A stretch of DNA of 64,000 bases from the human T2T-CHM13v2.0 reference genome, Homo sapiens. The stretch is taken from NCBI RefSeq assembly GCF_009914755.1, contig NC_060936.1. One strand, 5' to 3'. Positions 56,720 through 64,000 of the stretch are shown here, one piece after another. Position 1 is the stretch's first letter; the number at the start of each line of letters is the position of its first letter. The notes below the pieces were generated by a model. That model was not told where the DNA came from, made no database searches, and saw only the letters and a list, made by a program, of their open reading frames with translations. Position numbers and translations under genes: made by a program.

Positions 56720-56970
56720 TTAGAGTGCTGGTTAATGTGAGGGTTCAGAAAACAGACAACCTTGGGTAGAATTGGAACTCTGCCATATACTATCTTTGCA
56801 AACTAGAGAAGGTGAGTTAATCCCTCTATGTCAGTTTCCTTATCTGTAAAAGGGGAATAATAATAGTACCTCTAGTCATAGAATGGTGGTTCAGATTAAG
56901 TTTGTTATATATGTAAAGTCCTTAAAACTATGCCTGGAGTTCAGCAAGCTCTTAAACATGAGCTATCAAT
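56720..56970 (+). mobile_element. MIR SINE
   Basis: Motif tcagtttccttatctgtaaaa...aataatagtacct. Confidence 0.8.
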
Positions 56971-58404
56971 TCTGGTTCTGATTCTAGTCACTAAAGAGTC
57001 AGCAGTGCAGGGGTGGGTGGGGAGTTCTAAATAATTGTATTAAAGAAAGCATGATGAAAAGATGAAAGTTAATTCTTCAAGCCTATGTCACAGGATGATA
57101 TGAGAAACACATGTGAATATAACATGGACTGTGACAATATATAAAGTAATTAGAAAATATCATATGTGTAAGGGCTCAGAAAATGTATCACCACTCAAAT
57201 ATCTTTCTTAAAATGCTTACTTAGAAATACATTCCTTCAGGCAAAGTGATGAAATCAAATGTAAAATATAAAAATGGACAAATGGTGACTACAAGAATGA
57301 TAGAATCATTCAAATTGAACATATTAATAGCATTTAAATAATTGCTAATAGCTTAATTTCAAATCTGAATGCAACTTTAGACTGGATTTTGCAGTAAAAA
57401 TACCGCATAAAAGTTTTTAATAATAAATAACACTTTATGTTAATACAAATTGGAAAGTCCAGTGTGGGGAAAAGAGCAAGGACAGAGAAGTATTCAATTC
57501 TTCCTCTTTATATGTTGGACCAGAAGATGGAATGATTACTTTCCTGATTATACCAAATAAAGAAATATGGATGATGTTTTTTTTTAAAAAAAAAAAAAAA
57601 ACACTCACACACACAACAGGTTCCACTAGTTTAGTTACAAACAATGTGTATTTCTTACATATACTGCAGAAGAGAAAAGGCAACAAAACCCATTTCAACA
57701 GCCAAAGCAAAAAAGCAAAATAATATCAAGGAAGGAAAAAGAGGAAATAAAAAATTAATGACATAGATAATTGCTCATGATATGTTAAGTGAAAATGCAG
57801 TGTATAAAATTACATATAGTATGCTTCTAATTTTGAGAATAGCATCTTTCTCTTAGTGTAAAAGATGATAAAGACCATCGACCTAAATTGAACTTTAAGT
57901 AATTATAGATGCAGAAACTTGAATATTTTCTACAAAGCACACAAAAAAAGCAGTACAAGGAAACAACTTCCAAGAACAGACCCAAAATTAAACACAGTCA
58001 ATATGTAATTCAAAGTAGAAAATCACCAAAATAGGTATTATAAACTGTGTTGAAAATTAACTTAGAGCAGACCAGTAAAAAGCAAACAACTTTCTTAGTT
58101 ACGTCTGGCCTTGTATTTTTGATAAATTTATTACTGAAATATTTTATAAATTAATACAACAATCTTTTATTGTCTCTATATAGTAGAAATATATATATTA
58201 TGGTTAAGTTTATGATGGTAAAGTACATAAAATTCCAGTTTTAAAGTGTGAGACATAGTTCTTAAGAATATCTCTCTTTTTAGGTTTTAGGTTAAATAAC
58301 TTCTCCAGAAATATAAAGCAACTAGTACGCATCAAGTGTTTAATCCTTGTTCTTGACTTTCTTTGACTCTAAAATCTTAAATGCTTTAAGGAAGATTGCG
58401 TTTT

Positions 58405-58573
58405 AAAAGTACAATGGATGTAAATTTTCAGTTATGCAGTATGAATAAGTTCAAGAGATCTGCTGTACACCATTGAGCATATAGTTAATACTGTATTGTG
58501 CACTTAAAATTTTGTTAAGAGGGTAGATCTCATGTTAAGTGTTCTTACCACAATAAAAAATAATAAAATAAAA
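58405..58573 (+). mobile_element. L1MA/MB extreme 3' end with A-tail
   Basis: Motif ttaagagggtagatctcatgttaagtgttcttaccacaataaaaa. Confidence 0.85.
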
Positions 58574-59737
58574 TGAGGGAATCTTAAATTTAAATCTTGT
58601 CTCTGACACTTACCAGTAATGTGAGAATAGGAAACATACTTTTCTGAGATTTTATCTATATATAAAATGGAATTAAAGAGATTGCTTTTACAACTCTTAT
58701 GAAGATAAAACAAAATATTTAAAGAGGCAATGAATATATTGATCAACAGATGCTTCTTCCTATTCTACTACACTGAGTTCTTTGCTCTTATTCATTTTCT
58801 GTCATACTTCTATCATTGTCATATTTCTATCACATAGAAGTGTAAATATTGGTTTAATCATCAGTCACCTCAAATAAGCTAAGCATTCCTGAAAGGGAGA
58901 AGCATTTTTCATCATCTTTTTTTGTTTCTATAAGCCATCAGGATAAGCAACATTTTATCCTGTAACCTACATGTTACATTGCCACCAGGATAACCTACAT
59001 GTCTATCTTTTGTATTCTCATAAACTAGATAACGTGCCTGCTACACACATATTTTATTTAAAACTTCTGATTTGAGGGCTGTGTCTTCTGAAAATGTGTA
59101 AGACCAATGAGCACAGGAATGCAGAAGATAATCAGCACCTGTCCCAGATAATCATGGTCTCATATTACCACTGTTTCCTATTTCAGGGTGCATATTGTGC
59201 CCAAATCTGAGAATGCTGTGGTGAAAGTGATAGGTGCTGTGGAGCTCACAGTTGGAGTTTGTCTCTAACCCCAGGTGAACCTCTTCAAACACCTAACAAT
59301 TGTTGAGTCTAAATAAAGGCTCACACAGCACTGTGTTTGTAGTTTGGGAAGATATGCACATATAAGGAAAAAATCTCTTTGCTCTGAGAGATTACATTGC
59401 ATTTGCAGAAAAAAAATGCATACAATCACACTAAGCAAGCCATCATTAATAACCAGTTTAGACTTGTATTTTAAGTTATGTGACAGAATAGAAGAATACA
59501 AAGGGGGAGAGAGGCAGATTAGAGGTCAGGCTTGAAGACATAATAAGAAGCTTAATCATTTATTTTCCAGATTAGCATTTTACAAATGTAATTCTATGAA
59601 TTACCTAAGGTGATTGTTAAAAGTATAAAATCAAAATTTCCAGAGAAGATGTCATTGTCAACAAGCACTTTGAGCAATTCTCCTTTTCAGTCAAGCTTGT
59701 GAAAACTTCTCTAGGTGATTGGGAGCCATGGAAAGTT

Positions 59738-61520
59738 ATTTTTTAACATCTTAATTGAAAAATAATTTACATATCACAAAATTCCTTTGTGTTTAGTGTA
59801 GAATGCTATGATTTTAATAAATGTATAGAGGTGTGTAATCATCACAACAATCCACTTTTAAGTCTCCCAAAAAGATCCCTACCCATTTGCTGTCACTTCC
59901 TATGCCCACCTCCAGCCGTAGGCAAACTTTAATCTCCTTTCCATCTTATAGCTCTGACTTTTCTGGGTATTTCATGAATAAGGAATCATGTAATATGTAA
60001 TCTTTTATGATGGGCTTCCTTCATTTAGCATGATGATTTTTAAAGTTTCATTCTTGTTGTAGTGCTGATAGTTTGTTACTTATTGCTGAATAGCATTTCA
60101 TTGCATGAATACACAATATTTTCTTTACCACCTGAGGGATATTTGTTATTATGAATAATGCTGCTATGAACATTTGTGAACAGGATATACATGAAAATAT
60201 GTTTTCATTTCCCTTGGTTAGATTTCTAGGAGTAAATTTTTTTAATTAAATAAACTACTAGATTATTTTTATGGTAGTTGTACCATATTACATGCCAATT
60301 AGCAATGTATGAAAGTTCTTAATTCACCACAATGTCTCTAATTCTGGGTATTATCTTTTGATTATAAAAATTCTAGATGGTGTGAAATGTGGTTTTAATT
60401 TGAAATTCCTAATGACTACAGAGATTGAGCATATCTTCATCTGCTTATTGACATCTATTTACCATCACTGATGAAATGTCTATGCAAATTGTTTACCCAT
60501 TTTTTAATTGGGTTTTCCTCTTCTTATTGACTTGTGAGAGTTCTTTATAAATTCAGAATATATGTCCTTTAACAGAGATATGTTTTGAAAGCATTTTCTC
60601 CTAGTTATCTTAGTATTTTTCATTTTCTTACTATTTTGAAGTATAAGTTTTTTTTATTTTGATGAAGTTCAATTTATAATTTTTTTTGTGGATTGTACTT
60701 TTAGTGCCATGTTTAAGAAATATTTGCCTAATCCAAGGTTTCAACAATGTTTTCCTATTATTTTCTTCTGCAGAGTGTATCGTTTTGCTCTTACATATTG
60801 GTCTATGGGCCACTTTGAGTCAATTTTTGTGTATGATGTTTGGTAAGGTTCTAAATTAGTCTTTGTGCATTTGAATAGCCAATCATCCTAGCCTAATTTG
60901 TTGAAAAGACTATCTTCTCCACATTGAATTGGTATATTTGTTGAAAATCAATTGACCATAAATCTACGGGGTTATTCTTGTACTCTCTATCATTATACTT
61001 GCTCTATATGTCTATCCTTAAACTAACCTGTTTACTGTCCTTTTAGAGTAAGTTTTGAAATCAGTAAATGTTAAATTCTCCAATTTTGTTAATGTTTTTC
61101 AAGATTGTTTTAATTATCCTTGGTCCTTTGTCTTTCTATATAAATATTAAAATCACCTCATCCCTTCCTGTATAAAAGGCTGCTGACATTTTAATAGAAC
61201 TGTGTTGAATTTATAGACAAATTTGGGCATATATGACATCTTAATAATATTGAATATTTTAAAACATGAATGTCTCTACATTTGTTTAGATATTTTTACA
61301 TTTCTCTTAAAGTCTTCACTATACAAGCCTTGCATGTATTTTGTTTAATTTACTCTTAAGTATTTCATTATTTTAGATGCTATTATAGATGGAGTTGTTT
61401 TAACTTCATTTTTGATCATTCTTCGATACTGTACCAAAGTACAATTTATTTATGTATGTTTATCTTTTATCCTGTGACCTTGCTGAATTGGTTTATTCAT
61501 TCTGTTGGGTTTATTTGTGG
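59738..61520 (-). mobile_element. L1MB/MC 3'UTR plus ORF2 remnant, inserted in an antisense L2
   Basis: Continuous antisense L1 motifs (tgctgctatgaacatt, ttgttgaaaagactat, ttgaaaatcaattgaccata). L2 sequence resumes at about 61531. Confidence 0.85.
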
Positions 61521-61820
61521 ACATAGACGCATTTTAATAAAGGCAGTAACACAGTCAGATTTTAATAAAGGCAGTAGCACAGTCAGATTTGTATTTTAAA
61601 CAGATAACTCTGCAGCTGTGAAGGGGATGCATTTGAAGGAGGAAACGCCGGAGGAAGTAAGAGTTTTTCAACACCGTTGGGACAATTACTGACATCTAGA
61701 ATACTCAAAGGAATATATAACAAGACTAGGAGTACACCAGAAAAAAAATTGAAAATGGTAACTGCTTATTTTGTCATAGAAATGGACATGTTTATTTTAA
61801 GAAAATCATTTTAAGCTATC

Positions 61821-62037
61821 TTTTCTTTGTTTTTTAGACAAAGTCTCTGTCTGTCACCCAGGTTGGAGTGCAGTGGTGTGATCAGTTCACTGTAACCTCA
61901 AACTCCTGGACTCAAGGGATTCTCTTGCCTCTGCCTCCCCAGCAGCTGGGACTACAGACATGTACCACCACACTTGGCTCATTTAAAAAATAATTTGTAG
62001 AGAAGGGGGTCTCACTTTGTTGCCCATGCTGGTATCA
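61821..62037 (-). mobile_element. AluJ, 5'-truncated
   Basis: Poly-T, antisense right arm and part of the left arm. Confidence 0.88.
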
Positions 62038-62064
62038 GGCTACTACATTTATCGTGCTTATTAA

Positions 62065-64000
62065 AGTTGCAGACTTCTTCCAGGAATGGCAGACTGTGTA
62101 ATTGGGACCAGCTCTATTGATAAGAACAACTAGAAAAATTGGGTAATTTTTTAAACAAATTTTAATTCACTTTTGAAGTGAATTAATAAAGGCAAAAAAA
62201 AACAGTGAAGATTTTAGAGTTTGGGATCTAGGGAAAACTAAGCCCTCAGGCATTTGGACCTGCTTTTTCCCTAGTTGTGGAAAAAGGAGAGGCTGGCTCA
62301 GCACATTTGGCAACTTCACAAGGCTGAAGAGATGGGAATTGAGATCAAGTCCTTTCAAGATGCAGTAGCCTTAATGAATCTTCCTCACTTGGAGGTGAGA
62401 CTCCTAAGAACTGTACCCTAGAAGAAATAATCCCTGGATGACAGATCTTCCCAGGGATTATCTGGATTGAGGTAATTAAGATCACTGTTTTTCCAGACAT
62501 CTGGCCAAAAAAAATAAATGTTCCCTCTAGATGAAGATAATATTCTTCTAGAACTAAAATGACTTCCACTGATGATTTTACAAATGAGATGACTGTCACA
62601 CAGTCAAAAATAACAATGTACATGATATAACTTGACAAAAATGAATAATAATTCACCAAAAGACAAATGAAACAGATAAAAGGAATTCCTCATATTCAAG
62701 TTAGCAGAAAGACTTAAAATGGCCATGTTTCAACTGTTAAACAAAATTAAAAACAAAACAAATGGAAAAGAATGTTTAAAGATAGTAATCACAACAAAAT
62801 ATTAAATATATAGACTCAACAGCAAATTAGAAACAGCAGAGAAAATTAGTGAACTAAAATTTCAGTACAAAAATAAAATTCCAAATGAATCACAGAGCAA
62901 TAAGGGGATGGAAAATATAGAAGAAAGAGTAAGAGGAATAGAAAATAAAGTGAGAACTAGCATATAGGAAGTGGCATTCCAAAATGAGGGGGGAAACAGA
63001 ATGTGATGAGGCAGTATTTACTGAACAAAAGTAAATATTTTTCCAAACCAATAAATGGCAGTAAGTCACAATGTTAATCTCTATGGACACTAAGAAGAAA
63101 AAAAGGAAAATAAAAACAAATACGTTTTAAGTACATTATAGTAAAACTTCTTGTAAAGAAAACTCTCTAAAGCAGCCAAAAAGATTAAAAAAAAAAAGGA
63201 CAGTTTACTCTCAAAGAAGAAACAATTAAATTGACACCTGCCTTCTCAACAGCAACAATGAAAGTCAGAATAAAATAATATGTCTTAGTGCCAAGTGAAA
63301 ATAACCACTAACGTAAAATTCTATCTCCAGTAGAAATACCTTTCAGGAATAAAGGTGAAGTAAAGATATTTTCTGAAAAACTTAAACCAGAAAAATTACT
63401 CATCTGCAGACGTACAGTAAAAGAAATATTCAAGTTTATTTTTCAAGTAGAAGAAAAATGATCCCAGATGAAAAGCCAGAAAGAATGAGATCCAGAAAGA
63501 ATAATTGGTAACATAAATGGTATACATGTGAATAAATCTAAAGGAATATTGCCTGATAAAAATATAATAATATATTTCACATCCTACACATGGAAGTATA
63601 AGGCAGGGAAAGTATACATTAACATTACACTTTGCTAAGGATGCACATTGTAATTTGTAGGTTAGCAAAAGAATAGCAAGAGTGTAAAACTTCTAGATAA
63701 CAGAGGAAAAAAATGCAATTCAAATGGTGGCATGAAAGGTTGATTTAAAAAAAAAACACAGGATAGGAAAAATAGAAATCCCTTGGTAAAATAGTAGACT
63801 AAATACAAATATACAAGTATTTACAGTAATTATAAAGATACCAAATAATTTAAAGAGAAAGATTATCAGTCTGCATACAAATAAAATTCAGAAATTGTTT
63901 ATTATTTGTGGGAAACATATATAAGAACACAGACACATTGAAATTAGAAATATAGAAATGGCACACAATGCAAACATTAACAGAAAAGAAATCTGCTCTA
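62065..64000 (+). mobile_element. Ancient L1M 5' region: 5'UTR, decayed ORF1 and start of ORF2 (runs off the window end)
   Basis: ORF1-like remnants (gagaaaattagtgaact, acattatagtaaaact, ttctcaacagcaacaatgaaagtcagaa, aattctatctccag), then endonuclease-like sequence from about 63810. Confidence 0.65.

Noticed and set aside
45029-61590. Short direct repeats (28-48 bp) as a CRISPR-like array
   Set aside because: Each is an unrelated two-copy tandem duplication with no spacers, in mammalian intronic DNA with no cas genes.

Overview
Primate (very likely human) genomic DNA, AT-rich and CpG-poor, lying almost entirely within large introns of PPFIA2 (liprin-alpha2), which is transcribed on the - strand. 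The only host coding sequence I can support is a 54-nt, frame-preserving exon at 1860-1913 (-) encoding DIESLTGGLAGSKGADPP. The rest is intron filled with transposon remnants: L2, MIR, old L1M/L1PB, four Alus, many MaLR/ERVL solo LTRs, one complete MST provirus, hAT and Tigger MITEs, and microsatellites. The most unusual structure is a young L1PA2/3 insertion (31685-33292). Its inverted 5' piece comes from the L1 5'UTR, about 3.8 kb away from where the sense piece begins, and it carries a possible short 3' transduction. Other points worth checking are the one-sided (CA)n/(UG)n strand bias, candidate cryptic exons next to UG tracts, a candidate antisense exon, and several local duplications. 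I see no prokaryote-type system (CRISPR, operon, etc.) and no convincing novel protein-coding gene. Repeat subfamily names come from recalled consensus sequences, and boundaries without target-site duplications (TSDs) are approximate.
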